A DNA stretch of 64,000 bases. Origin: an uncultured Pseudomonadota bacterium (lineage in GTDB: Bacteria > Oederibacteriota > Muellerivitia > Muellerivitales > Muellerivitaceae). The stretch lies in the NCBI GenBank assembly GCA_963836235.1, contig CAWIIP010000002.1, positions 928,001 through 992,000 of the forward strand, in the 5' to 3' direction. The position numbers were made by a program, and so were the translations under genes. Within the stretch, counting starts at the first letter, position 1. Each line of letters starts with the position of its first letter. The notes under the pieces were generated by a model. That model was not told the origin of the DNA. It saw nothing but the letters and a program-made list of their open reading frames with translations, and did not search any database. Of this stretch, positions 28,369-38,758 are shown piece after piece.

Positions 28369-30666
28369 TTATTCGAGTTTTTGGGCAACCGCTTCCATAA
28401 TATAAATTTCAAGCTGGTCCCCAACCTGGATATCATCGAAACCGTCGATGCCGATACCACACTCATAGCCGTTGGTCACTTCCTTCACGTCGTCCTTAAA
28501 ACGCCGCAACGATGAAAGGGCTCCCTCGTAAACGACTTCTTCCGCGCGCAGAACTTTCACTTTGGCTTTGCTTGTAATTTTTCCGGAAGTCACCATGGAA
28601 CCGGCAATTGCCCCCTTGGGAGTGCTGAATATCTGACGGACTTCCACCTTGCCGATGGTCAAAGGCCGATAGGTCGGCTCCAGCAGGCCTTCCATCGCCT
28701 TGCGCACATCCTCAACCGCGTCGTAAATGATCTTATAAACCCTTACGTCTACGTCTTCCCTTTCAGCCGTGGACTTGGCGTTGGAATCAGCCTTCACGTT
28801 GAACCCGACCACGATGGCGTTGGAAGCGGAGGCAAGAAGAATGTCGGAATTGACGATATTTCCCGTACCGCTGCGGATGACCCTTAAAACAACCTTGCCG
28901 GTTGAAAGTTTTTCCAGAGATTGGGTGAGGGCTTCCACCGATCCTTGCACGTCCGCCTTGACGACGACCTTCAGCTCTTTGATCTGCCCTTCCTTGATCT
29001 GCTCGAAAAGATTGTCGAGGGTAATGTGTTTCATGGCCCCGACGAGACGGTTGTCCTTCCGGGCTTCAGTGCGTCGGGCGGCGATTTCCCGGGCGACTTT
29101 GGCGTCTTCCACCCCGTAAAATACGTCCCCGGCCTGGGGCACGTCGTTTAAGCCCAAAATTTCGACGGGAGTCGCGGGAGTCGCGGCCTTCACCGGTTTA
29201 CCTAAGTCGTCATGCATGGCCTTGACGCGACCATAGGTGCTTCCCGCGATGATATCATCGCCGATTTTAAGGGTTCCCTTTTCTACCAGGAAGGTGGCCA
29301 CTGACCCCCGGCCCTTATCCAACCGGGCTTCCAAGACTACTCCCTTGGGAACTCGATTAGGATTAGCCTTAAGTTCCAGAACTTCCGCCTGCAGGAGAAT
29401 CATTTCCAGGAGCTTATCCAGATTTAGGCGTTTTTTAGCCGAAACATTAACAAAAATAGTCGTCCCGCCCCACTCCTCAGGAACCAACCCCCGCTCGGCC
29501 ACTTGGGTCTTCACCCGGTCCGGATTGGCTTCCGGTTTGTCGATCTTGTTGATGGCCACAATGATGGGTACCTTGGCTTCTTTGGCGTGGTCAATAGCCT
29601 CTAGGGTTTGAGGCATGACACCGTCATCCGCCGCGACTACGAGAACCACAATATCCGTTGCCTTGGCGCCGCGGGCGCGCATGAGCGTGAAAGCCTCATG
29701 GCCTGGAGTATCCAGAAAGGTGATGGATCCTTTTTCCTGTTTTACCTGGTAAGCGCCGATATGCTGAGTAATGCCTCCCGCTTCTCCCTCGGCCACCTTG
29801 GTTTTGCGGATGGCGTCTAATAGAAGGGTCTTTCCGTGGTCGACATGCCCCATGATGGTCACGACGGGCGGTCGGGGCTGCAGATCCTTGGGATCATCCG
29901 GTGTGTCCTGAAACATTTCGGCCCCAAAAAGGGGCACCACTTCCACTTCGGCGTCATGGGCGGAAGCCAGCGTTTCGGCGACGGGCATATCCACTCTCTG
30001 ATTGATGGTGGCCAGAATCTTGAGGTCTAGCAATTCTTTAATAAGAACACCAGCCTTGACATTGAGCTTTTGCGCTAATTCGGAAACCGTAATGCCTTCG
30101 GAAACTTTAATTTTCGTCAGGATCTTGGGAACGACCGGAGTCCCATCCGCGTTGAGTTCTTCAACCTTAGGTTTATCCTCAACAGTTTCTTTCACGACAG
30201 TCGTCACGCTTTTGGGACGGCCAGCGGCCAAACCGTGGCCGCCTGATTTGACCGGCATATGTTTCGATCCCGATCCGCTTTTACGCGGCACCATGGCCGG
30301 TCGGGGAGCGGTTTTAGTACCCGTGGGCTTAAGGGCCGGATAGGTTGCCGTAGGCGCGGACAAACCGGCTGTGGGTTTTACCATGGTACGGGTGGCCGTC
30401 ACGGGCAGAGGTGAGGCGGAAGTTGTCGCGGGTGTTTTGGGGGCTACCATGCGGGTGGCGGTAGTGGTGGAAATCGGCGCCGTAGCGCTGACGGATGCGG
30501 AATTTAGGTCCGCCATCCCCAAATCGCGGCGTATATCGGATTGGATTTTATCGTCAACAACCGTCAACTGGCTGGGAATGTTGTGGCCCAGCTTTTTACA
30601 ACGGTCCAGCACATCCTTGCTCGTTAGTCCCAGTTCTTTGGCGAATTCAAAAAGGCGTTTGCCCAT
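28369..30666 (-). CDS. infB: Translation initiation factor IF-2
   Basis: [40 protein letters not shown]. Confidence 0.99.
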   Translation of the reverse strand: MGKRLFEFAKELGLTSKDVLDRCKKLGHNIPSQLTVVDDKIQSDIRRDLGMADLNSASVSATAPISTTTATRMVAPKTPATTSASPLPVTATRTMVKPTAGLSAPTATYPALKPTGTKTAPRPAMVPRKSGSGSKHMPVKSGGHGLAAGRPKSVTTVVKETVEDKPKVEELNADGTPVVPKILTKIKVSEGITVSELAQKLNVKAGVLIKELLDLKILATINQRVDMPVAETLASAHDAEVEVVPLFGAEMFQDTPDDPKDLQPRPPVVTIMGHVDHGKTLLLDAIRKTKVAEGEAGGITQHIGAYQVKQEKGSITFLDTPGHEAFTLMRARGAKATDIVVLVVAADDGVMPQTLEAIDHAKEAKVPIIVAINKIDKPEANPDRVKTQVAERGLVPEEWGGTTIFVNVSAKKRLNLDKLLEMILLQAEVLELKANPNRVPKGVVLEARLDKGRGSVATFLVEKGTLKIGDDIIAGSTYGRVKAMHDDLGKPVKAATPATPVEILGLNDVPQAGDVFYGVEDAKVAREIAARRTEARKDNRLVGAMKHITLDNLFEQIKEGQIKELKVVVKADVQGSVEALTQSLEKLSTGKVVLRVIRSGTGNIVNSDILLASASNAIVVGFNVKADSNAKSTAEREDVDVRVYKIIYDAVEDVRKAMEGLLEPTYRPLTIGKVEVRQIFSTPKGAIAGSMVTSGKITSKAKVKVLRAEEVVYEGALSSLRRFKDDVKEVTNGYECGIGIDGFDDIQVGDQLEIYIMEAVAQKLE

Positions 30667-30672
30667 GGTGAG

Positions 30673-31998
30673 TTAACCCTCCTGGCCTTCCGGCCCCGGA
30701 GCGACCGTGCCCAAGACCTCCGGTGAAGGGGGAATAGTTGGGATTCCCTCTTGATCTTTGGTCAGCTCGGGGGCCTCGGGGGCTGCTTCGCCCTTCACCG
30801 CGCCTTCGTCAATCTCATCGGGTGGAGCGTCTTTTCTTGTCTCGTCGGTCAGCGACGCCGCGGCACCCGCGGAAGGAGCCGCAATATTAGCTTCGGCTAG
30901 TTCCTGGGGAATTTCCTGTTGGATTTCCTGGAAGTGGGCGTCCATACGGGCGCGCTCTTCCTGTGTGTGTTGTTCCTCGTTCTTGATGTCGATCTTGATA
31001 CCAGTCAAGCGGGCGGCCAAACGGGCATTTTGCCCTTTCTTGCCGATAGCTAACGACAGCTGGTCGTTGGGCACGATCACCTCTGCTGAGGGAATCTCGG
31101 GATGGAACAGGATTCGAGCGATTTTAGCGGGTGAGAGGGCGTTGGAAAGATAGTTATGAGGCTCCTCATCCCATCGGACGATATCCACTTTTTCTCCGCG
31201 GATTTCATCCACGATATTTTGGACACGGATTCCTTTTACTCCCACGCAGGCCCCAACCGCGTCAATCCGGTCGTCACCCATGGAGCGGACGGATATTTTC
31301 GTGCGGGCCCCAGGTTCGCGGGCCACACTTTCGATTTTCACGGCGCCCTCGTAAATCTCGGGAACCTCCAGTTCAAAAAGCTTGCGGACCAGGTTGGGAT
31401 GCGCTCGGCTGACGATGATGGCCGGTCCCTTCAAGGTCTTTCGAACCTCGAGAACTAAAAACTTCATGCGCTCTCCCGTGGAATAACGTTCACGAGGAAC
31501 CTGTTCCTTGGCGGGCATCAAGGCTTCGGCGTCGCCAAGGGAAATGATGACGTTGCGGCTTTCATAACGAAGCACGCTTCCGGTGATAAGATCGCCTTCT
31601 TTTTCCTTGAACTGGTCATAAACACTCTGCCGCTCGGCGTCCTGGACACGCTGAACGATGACCTGCTTGGCCGTTTGGGCCGCGATGCGGCCAAACTGTT
31701 CGGCGGGAATGCGAACCTTGATAACACCGCCCACTTCAGCTTCTTTGTCGAGTTTGCGGGCTTCCGAAAGGGTCAATTGGGTATTGGGATCGGTGATTTC
31801 ATCCGCCACTTCCTTCAGGTAAAAAGCGCGGAACTCGTAATTGATCTCGTCGAATTCCACGTCCACTTCTTGGGCCGCGCCATACATCTTTTTGGCGGCC
31901 GAAGACAAAGCAGCTTGAATCGCCTCGACCAGTTTTTTCTTGTCGATACGCTTGGTATGTTCTAATTGGCTCATCACCAAGGCTAATTCGTTACCCAT
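30673..31998 (-). CDS. nusA: Transcription termination/antitermination factor NusA
   Basis: FGRIAAQTAKQV, AREPGARTK, LAIGKKGQNARLA; start at MGNEL (track 32013). Confidence 0.98.
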   Translation of the reverse strand: MGNELALVMSQLEHTKRIDKKKLVEAIQAALSSAAKKMYGAAQEVDVEFDEINYEFRAFYLKEVADEITDPNTQLTLSEARKLDKEAEVGGVIKVRIPAEQFGRIAAQTAKQVIVQRVQDAERQSVYDQFKEKEGDLITGSVLRYESRNVIISLGDAEALMPAKEQVPRERYSTGERMKFLVLEVRKTLKGPAIIVSRAHPNLVRKLFELEVPEIYEGAVKIESVAREPGARTKISVRSMGDDRIDAVGACVGVKGIRVQNIVDEIRGEKVDIVRWDEEPHNYLSNALSPAKIARILFHPEIPSAEVIVPNDQLSLAIGKKGQNARLAARLTGIKIDIKNEEQHTQEERARMDAHFQEIQQEIPQELAEANIAAPSAGAAASLTDETRKDAPPDEIDEGAVKGEAAPEAPELTKDQEGIPTIPPSPEVLGTVAPGPEGQEG

Positions 31999-32031
31999 GG
32001 ACCCATTCCTCATTTTGTTGGCGTTGAAAAG

Positions 32032-32505
32032 TTATAATTCCACAACCAGCTTGGCGTTTTTCACCGTCGAAAAAGGAACCCATAAGATTCTCTCTTTTCC
32101 GATTCTCACTTCCACCCGCTCACCTTCCGTCTCGCCCAATCGCCCCTCAAAGCTCACCTGGCCTTCCAAGGGCTCCCTTAAAATAAACTGGGCCAATCGG
32201 CCTTTGAACCTCCCGCAATCCTCCAGGCTCCTCAAGGGACGGTCCAAACCGGGAGAGGACACTTCCAAAACATAAGCCGTTTCGATCAAGTCCAACTCAT
32301 CAAGCCTTTTTTCCAACTCGCGGCTCACCGAGGCGCAATCCTCCAAAGTCACGGGCCCGCTTCTCTTGTCCAAGACCACCATCAAAACCAGCCTTTTGCC
32401 TTGAGGCCTGACACGAAGGTCAAAAAGCTCCAAAAAGTTGTCTTTGACCACGGCCTCGGCCAAATCCCGAAGCTGGGCATTCCTCGGTTCCTCCGGAAGT
32501 CCCAT
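32032..32505 (-). CDS. rimP: Ribosome maturation factor RimP
   Basis: YVLEVSSPGLDRPL. Confidence 0.97.
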   Translation of the reverse strand: MGLPEEPRNAQLRDLAEAVVKDNFLELFDLRVRPQGKRLVLMVVLDKRSGPVTLEDCASVSRELEKRLDELDLIETAYVLEVSSPGLDRPLRSLEDCGRFKGRLAQFILREPLEGQVSFEGRLGETEGERVEVRIGKERILWVPFSTVKNAKLVVEL

Positions 32506-32637
32506 TCTTTCCTGCTCCCTACACTATTCTTCTTGGGCATCCCCGAAAATTAAGGTAAATAAGGGCACAAACGACAAACGGCCTTTCGGCCGTCTGAAAT
32601 CCGACATTCCTTGCCCAACCTACAGCCAAAAAATAAG

Positions 32638-32724
32638 AAAAAAAAAGCAGGCCGGAAAGGGCCCACTTTTGGGGAGAACCTTAAATTGCGAGCTTTTTAT
32701 ACCAGAAAGAATCTAATTTGGCAA
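32638..32724 (-). promoter_or_regulatory. Sigma70 promoter and terminator-like leader of the rimP-nusA-infB operon
   Basis: TTGCCA-N17-TATAAA with extended TG (32724..32696), then AAGTGGGCC...GGCCTGCTTTTTTT hairpin resembling the rimP leader. Confidence 0.6.
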
Positions 32725-32768
32725 GAGTGGGCCTGGTAAAAGCCAATAAATAAAGGAATTTGTGTGGC

Positions 32769-33194
32769 TCAAGAACGAAAAGGCCCTTTTTTCATAGTGA
32801 GACAATATTCTTTAAACCCCACCGATTTCCAAAAACGGATAGCCCGTTCATTGCGAATGAGAACTTCCAATACAACCCGGCTTTTCCTGGGCCAGCACCG
32901 GGTAATAAGGAGTTTCATGGCCTTTTGGCCCCGGCCCTTGCGTCGATAGGGTTTGTCGATAAAGAACTGGCGCAGGTAAATATGATCTTTTTCTTTTCTG
33001 TAGAGGGCATATCCAATTGGAACTTGGTCCTCTTCAAAAAGAAGGGCCTTATATTCTTTTTTCAGCCATCCGGACATCCGCCGCTTGAGTTGGAGGATAT
33101 TCATTGGATTTCGATGCCGCTCGTCCCGAATGAGCTGATGGTTCCATCGAGACAACAAAACCAAATCAGACTTGTCCGCTTGGCGAAAATTCAT
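32769..33194 (-). CDS. GNAT family N-acetyltransferase
   Basis: FFIDKPYRRKGRG, NERAIRFWKSVGF. Confidence 0.9.
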   Translation of the reverse strand: MNFRQADKSDLVLLSRWNHQLIRDERHRNPMNILQLKRRMSGWLKKEYKALLFEEDQVPIGYALYRKEKDHIYLRQFFIDKPYRRKGRGQKAMKLLITRCWPRKSRVVLEVLIRNERAIRFWKSVGFKEYCLTMKKGPFRS

Positions 33195-33199
33195 CGAGA

Positions 33200-36100
33200 T
33201 TAAAAAAGAGTAGCCTGGTTGGAATCAGGAAGGGCTTTGAGGCAGCCGTGTTCTTTCAGGATTTCAATGACATTCTTGTTCACGCCGCAACGATCCACGA
33301 GGTCCTCAATGGTGACAAACTCACCCTTGGCACGTTCTTCCCGGATAAGATCGGCAGCCGTTTCACCCAAGCCCGCCAAACTGATGAGGGGCGGGCGTAA
33401 TTTTTTCTCACCGTCCTGTTCTTGGATGAGGAATTGGCGATTGTCGGATTGATAGAGATCCACCGGCAGGAATCTGAACCCTCGCGCATAGACTTCCTCG
33501 ACCACGTCCAGAACCGAAGCCTCGTCCTGTTCCTTATTCGTCGGCTTTTCTAGGGACCGGATCAGCTTGATGCGGTCCTTCACCCGGCCCAATCCGCCGC
33601 AGGCCACCGTGGCATCGAAGCCAAAAGCTTTGTTCGTGAAATAATCCGCGTAAAAAGCCAGTGGGTGGTGCACTTTAAAATAGGCGATGCGGAAACTCAT
33701 AATGCAATAGGCCACCGCGTGGGCTTTGGGAAAAATATATTTTATTTTTTTGCAGCTATCGATGTACCACGTCGGCGTTTTGGCCGCGATCATGGCTTGT
33801 TCGTACTCCGGCTTCAGTCCCTTGCCCTTGCGCACGTCCTCCATGATCTTGAAGGCCAGGGCTTCATCCATCCCCCGGGCCAACAAATCATTCAGCATGT
33901 CGTCACGGGTGGAGATGACGGTGGAAAGATTGGCGGTTCCCTTCTTGATCAAATCCTGCGCATTACCAAGCCAAACATCAGTGCCGTGGGCCAGACCCGA
34001 TAGCCTTCCCAAATGCTCGAATCTAGTGGGTTTGGTGTCCCGCAACATGTCCATCGCAAAATTGGTGCCGAATTCAGGAACACCCAATGTCCCCAGATCT
34101 TTATCTGTTTTTTCTTTTAACTTAAGTGCTTTCGTGGAGGAGAACAGACTCATCGTTTCCGGGTCATTCAAGGGAATGCCGATGGCCGAAACGCCGGTCA
34201 TTCCTTCCAATCTTTTCAGGCTGGTGGGATTGTCGTGCCCCAGGATGTCGAGTTTCACCAGGCAGTCATGCATGCTGTTGTAGTCGAAATGCGTGGTAAT
34301 GACGTCACCCTCTTTGTTGTCCGCCGGGTACTGAACCGGGCAGACGTCGGTGATTTCCATTTCCTTCGGCAGGATGACGATACCACCCGGATGCTGACCG
34401 GTGGTTTTGGAAACTCCTGAGCATCCCTTGACCAGGCGGTTAAGTTCGGCGTTCCTCGCCGTGCGCCCTGCTTCCTCCACGAATTTTTTCACAAATCCGA
34501 AGGCAATGCGGTCCTGAACCGCGGAAATAGTCCCCGCGCGGAAGCAATGGTCCTTGCCGAATAATTCTTCAACATACTTGTGAGCCACGTGCTGGTACTC
34601 ACCGGAAAAGTTGAGGTCGATATCCGGCATCTTGTCGCCCTTGAAACCCATAAAGACCTCGAAAGCGATGGAAAAACCGTCTCTCACCGCTTCTTTGCCG
34701 CATTTGGGACAGTTCTTTGACGAAAGGTCCACTCCCGCCATGGAAGCTGGATTGGGGGGAAACTCGAACCAGTGAGCTTCTTTACAGCGCCAATGGGGCA
34801 TCAGGGGATTGACCTCCGTGATACCGCAAAGGAAAGCCACGAAAGAACTGCCGACCGAACCCCTACTTCCCACGATATATCCGTCGGAAAGGGATTTTTG
34901 GACCAGCTTTTTGGCGATCACGTAAAGGGTGGAAAACTTATTGTTAATGATGGCGTTCAGTTCTTTTTGAAGCCGTTTTTCAATAAAATCCGGCAAGGGG
35001 GCTCCATAAAGCTCCAAAGCCTTTTGGGTGGCTGTTTCCCGAAGCTCCTCGTCAGCCCCTTCCCACATGGGCGACAGGGTTTGGGTGGGCAGGGGTTCCA
35101 CGTCCTCGACCATTTCCGCCACCATCCGAGGGCCTTTCACCACCAGTTCATGGGCGATTTCATCCCCAAAATAGGAAAAATCGCTTTTAAGCTCATCAGT
35201 AGTTTTGAAATAAAGGGGAGCTTGGCGCTCCAAACCGTAGCCCATGCCTGATTGGAGGATTCGGCGGTAAACCTCGTCTTGGGGTTCAATGAAGTGGGAA
35301 TCCCCCGTGGCCACTACAGGTTTTCCCAGCTTTTTGCCCGTATCGTAGATCACCCGGGTGAGTTTTTGGAGTTCTTCCATGTCCTTGACGATTCCGTCCC
35401 CGATCATGAACTCGTTGTTGGCGCAGGGCTGGATTTCGATGTAATCATAGAAGGCGGCCACTTCCTCCAGCGGACGACCTTTATGAAGGAGATTCTGCCA
35501 GACTTCCCCCTGTTCACAGGCCGAGCCCACAACGATTCCCTCGCGGAATTCTTCCAAAAGAGCCCGGGGGATGAGGGGCCTTTTATAGAAATATTTCATA
35601 TGGCTTTCGGAAACCATTTTGTAGAGGTTCTTCAGACCTTTCTTGTTTTTCACCAGAAGAATGATGTGATAAATATTCATTCCCTTTTCGCGCTTGAACT
35701 CGTCAACTAAGTAGCCTTCCATACCCAGGATCAGCTTGATACCGTGTTTTTTGGCGGCGACCCGGGCTTCCGGATAGGCCTGGACCACTCCGTGATCCGT
35801 GATGGCGATCGCCGAATGGCCCCACTTGGCGGCCTTTTCGATGAGCCGGTCGATCTTAGAAAGGCCGTCCATGCGGCTCATTTGGGTGTGGCAGTGCAGT
35901 TCCACCCGTTTCTCCGCTGCGGTATCCTGCCGGCTTTCGGGCGGGGGCATTTTCATGATGTCCTTGGCGGCTAGCGTCAGTTCGTCGTGGGAATATTTAT
36001 CCGGTCTCAGGTCGCCTCGAACCCTTACCCAATCCCTTTCCTTCAAGCCACCCTTGAACTTGCCGTCGTTCTCGTGGAAGAAACGCACGTCGAGGGAATT

Positions 36101-36868
36101 GTTGTAATCTGTGATGGTCATCTTCACGAGGAAACGCCCGCTGCGGGTTTGGATCTGCTCGTAGATGATGATCTCACCCTGGGCCACAAACCCGTTAACT
36201 TCTTCCTTCACATCCATGGACTGGGGCTCTTCCGCGATCTTGCGGCCAAGAAGAATCATAGGCTGGGGAGTCTTGGGAGCTAAGAACTCACCCGGTTTCT
36301 CTTCGGCCATCGGAGGCAGTTCCGGCAAGATAGCCGGGTTGATGGTCAATTCAACCTTGGCGTCCAAGCCGCAACGGCCTTTAAGAATATCCTGTAGATG
36401 CTTTGGAAAAAGCTTCCGGTCTAATTGCTGGCGGGCCAACTCATGGGGCACCTGGAAAGTAAGGACTTGGTCCTTCACTTGAATTTGATAATGGGATAGC
36501 CAACCCTCAGCAATTTCCGCTTCCTCCGTGACACAAAAAAGCAGGTCTTTCTCATGGGCAACCACGTAATCGGTAAGGCTAACGACGGTCGGTGCGTAGT
36601 GGACGTCTAAAACCACCCGGTTTACGTTGGGAAGGCTTTCTTTTAAATAGCGGGAAACATGGGCGTAGGTTTCGGGGGAAACGAGGCCGGCCATCCGGAT
36701 GCCCAATACCAAAACGCCTCGCTCGGGATAAACCTGGACTCCCAAAAGCTCGGATTGGAGGAATCTTTCCTGTTCGAAACACTGGAGGGGGATTTGCTGT
36801 AATAACTGGTAAAAGGGGGAAGAGGTTTGATCCGTATCGGCGTGAGCCGGGCTTTCTACGGGCGTCAT
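33200..36868 (-). CDS. polC: DNA polymerase III alpha subunit, PolC type, lacking the inserted exonuclease domain
   Basis: KRVELHCHTQMS, GSRGSVGSS, KMPDIDLNFSG, TTGQHPGG, KLDILGHD, CKKIKYIFPKAHA, N-terminal OB fold. Confidence 0.97.
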   Translation of the reverse strand: MTPVESPAHADTDQTSSPFYQLLQQIPLQCFEQERFLQSELLGVQVYPERGVLVLGIRMAGLVSPETYAHVSRYLKESLPNVNRVVLDVHYAPTVVSLTDYVVAHEKDLLFCVTEEAEIAEGWLSHYQIQVKDQVLTFQVPHELARQQLDRKLFPKHLQDILKGRCGLDAKVELTINPAILPELPPMAEEKPGEFLAPKTPQPMILLGRKIAEEPQSMDVKEEVNGFVAQGEIIIYEQIQTRSGRFLVKMTITDYNNSLDVRFFHENDGKFKGGLKERDWVRVRGDLRPDKYSHDELTLAAKDIMKMPPPESRQDTAAEKRVELHCHTQMSRMDGLSKIDRLIEKAAKWGHSAIAITDHGVVQAYPEARVAAKKHGIKLILGMEGYLVDEFKREKGMNIYHIILLVKNKKGLKNLYKMVSESHMKYFYKRPLIPRALLEEFREGIVVGSACEQGEVWQNLLHKGRPLEEVAAFYDYIEIQPCANNEFMIGDGIVKDMEELQKLTRVIYDTGKKLGKPVVATGDSHFIEPQDEVYRRILQSGMGYGLERQAPLYFKTTDELKSDFSYFGDEIAHELVVKGPRMVAEMVEDVEPLPTQTLSPMWEGADEELRETATQKALELYGAPLPDFIEKRLQKELNAIINNKFSTLYVIAKKLVQKSLSDGYIVGSRGSVGSSFVAFLCGITEVNPLMPHWRCKEAHWFEFPPNPASMAGVDLSSKNCPKCGKEAVRDGFSIAFEVFMGFKGDKMPDIDLNFSGEYQHVAHKYVEELFGKDHCFRAGTISAVQDRIAFGFVKKFVEEAGRTARNAELNRLVKGCSGVSKTTGQHPGGIVILPKEMEITDVCPVQYPADNKEGDVITTHFDYNSMHDCLVKLDILGHDNPTSLKRLEGMTGVSAIGIPLNDPETMSLFSSTKALKLKEKTDKDLGTLGVPEFGTNFAMDMLRDTKPTRFEHLGRLSGLAHGTDVWLGNAQDLIKKGTANLSTVISTRDDMLNDLLARGMDEALAFKIMEDVRKGKGLKPEYEQAMIAAKTPTWYIDSCKKIKYIFPKAHAVAYCIMSFRIAYFKVHHPLAFYADYFTNKAFGFDATVACGGLGRVKDRIKLIRSLEKPTNKEQDEASVLDVVEEVYARGFRFLPVDLYQSDNRQFLIQEQDGEKKLRPPLISLAGLGETAADLIREERAKGEFVTIEDLVDRCGVNKNVIEILKEHGCLKALPDSNQATLF

Positions 36869-36995
36869 CCTGCCTCCATCGACGGTTTATCGGGGATTGT
36901 AAGTGCTTGGGGCCTGCTTCAACGGACTATACAACCTGTGGGATGGAACTTCAAGAATTTAAAAAAGTAAATTTCGAATTTTAAAAACAAAAATT

Positions 36996-37841
36996 TCACG
37001 GATCAAAATAAATTCCGATCCCCCAATGATTGTCGTTGGTTTGATAGAACTGTCCGTACTCGTTGTTGCCATTGTAGTAAGAAAGCGCCGTTCGAAGGGC
37101 TTGAGACGTCTCCCTTTTCCATTTCCACTGAAAACCCCATTGAAAATTCTGGTTCACCACCCCGCCCGCTTCTTGCTTGATTTTGATATCGTAAGTGAAA
37201 TATCCACGACCAACCGTACCCAGCAGGAAATCCAAATAATTTGTGAAAAGCTCTATTCCGCCGTGAAGAAAGATGGGTTTTTCCTCTGGGGCAATGTGGG
37301 GGGAATAACCCGCTCCGGCATAAATCCGGAAACTTTCCAAAGGTTGAAAAGATGTGATCCAGCGAAAACTTTCACGCGTATAAATAATCCTTGGAATCTC
37401 GTCAAAAAGCTCGTCGCCTAAATGGGAACTGACATGGGTGTAATCCAGCCGGTGGGAGAAGAACCCGGAGGACTCGCTGAAATACATTCCCAGGTACCAG
37501 TCGCTTACCCTTTCGGGATAAACGAATTGGCCGAGCGAATCCAATTCAATAAAGCTCGCCCCTTGGATACCCCATCCCCAACGGCTTCCATCCTCCGGGC
37601 GCCATTGCAGGAACTCCAGAACGGGGCCAACCGCCCCCTCAAAGCGGGGATAAGTGAGGTCCGCAATCAAGGCATTCTGGGGTTCGCGGGGATCACCGAT
37701 CAAGCGGTCAAAAACCGGTTCCGGAGGCAGAAAACGCAGTTCATCCCCCGCCCTAAGGATCAAAGGCGCCAACCACAAAGACACGGAGACACAGCTAAAA
37801 AAAATAAATGGAAGAGTTTTTGTTTTCAAATGTCTTTCCAA
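36996..37841 (-). CDS. DUF1207-family putative outer-membrane beta-barrel protein
   Basis: LIGDPREP, HVSSHLGDE, YYNG...YGQFY, aromatic C-terminal strand. Confidence 0.75.
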   Translation of the reverse strand: MERHLKTKTLPFIFFSCVSVSLWLAPLILRAGDELRFLPPEPVFDRLIGDPREPQNALIADLTYPRFEGAVGPVLEFLQWRPEDGSRWGWGIQGASFIELDSLGQFVYPERVSDWYLGMYFSESSGFFSHRLDYTHVSSHLGDELFDEIPRIIYTRESFRWITSFQPLESFRIYAGAGYSPHIAPEEKPIFLHGGIELFTNYLDFLLGTVGRGYFTYDIKIKQEAGGVVNQNFQWGFQWKWKRETSQALRTALSYYNGNNEYGQFYQTNDNHWGIGIYFDP

Positions 37842-37890
37842 AGCTATCCCTCTGTGCGGCGTAAAACGCCGCTGTGGTGAAATGTTTTAA

Positions 37891-38757
37891 TCAAGGATCG
37901 AAATAAAGTCCGAAGCCCCAATGCTCGTCATGGTCGCGGTAAAACTGGCCGAATTCCGAATTGCCGTTGTAATAAAGAAGGGCCAGCCGGATGTCCCGGC
38001 TTTCCTCCTTCTTGAATTTCCATTGAATGCCTAACTGGTAAGCTTGGTCGGCGATTTCTGTTTCCTGGAGCCACTTCAAATCACCTGCGGCATAACCGCG
38101 CAAAAAGGTCCCTCCCACATCGGCAGCGGGTGAATAAAGTTCCAGTCCCCACGAAGCGAACAGGGCTTTACCTCTTGGATACATGTTTTCCCAGGCGCCC
38201 AAATCGGCATAAAGGCCATAGACATCCAGAACACGGTAAGAAAAAGTGTAATTAAAATTTTCCCGGCTGAAAAAGAAGGGTGACTGCAGGTATTGCAAGG
38301 AATCGCCCATGTGGGCGCTCTGGTGCTCAAACTCAAGCCGATGGGAAAAGTCGCCTTTGGTTTCGCTGACATACATTCCCGCGTACCAATCGGCCGCCCT
38401 CATGGGAAAAGTGGCGCCATTTTCATCCAACAAAATGAATCCTTGCCCGAAAACTCCCCATCCCCATTGGGTCTTGTCCGGGGGCAGATAACGAAGAAAC
38501 TCGAAGGTTTGGCCTACCGCACCCTCAAAACGGCTCTGGTTGCCATAGGCGGTAATACCCGTATAGGCTTCCCTTGGATCGCCGATAAAACCTTGGAAAA
38601 GGGGGGTCGACGGCAGGAATATCCACTGTTCTTGGTCCGCTAGAGCGAAGGAAGGAAAAAACACAGTTCCTCCACCAAGACACGAACATACCCAAAAAGC
38701 CAAAACAACCAAAAATAATTTTTTCTTCTCTGGAGACTTTGTGCCTGGATGGTTCAT
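37891..38757 (-). CDS. DUF1207-family putative outer-membrane beta-barrel protein (paralogue)
   Basis: FIGDPREA, HQSAHMGDS, YYNGNSEFGQFY, HWGFGLYFDP. Confidence 0.75.
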   Translation of the reverse strand: MNHPGTKSPEKKKLFLVVLAFWVCSCLGGGTVFFPSFALADQEQWIFLPSTPLFQGFIGDPREAYTGITAYGNQSRFEGAVGQTFEFLRYLPPDKTQWGWGVFGQGFILLDENGATFPMRAADWYAGMYVSETKGDFSHRLEFEHQSAHMGDSLQYLQSPFFFSRENFNYTFSYRVLDVYGLYADLGAWENMYPRGKALFASWGLELYSPAADVGGTFLRGYAAGDLKWLQETEIADQAYQLGIQWKFKKEESRDIRLALLYYNGNSEFGQFYRDHDEHWGFGLYFDP

Positions 38758-38758
38758 C

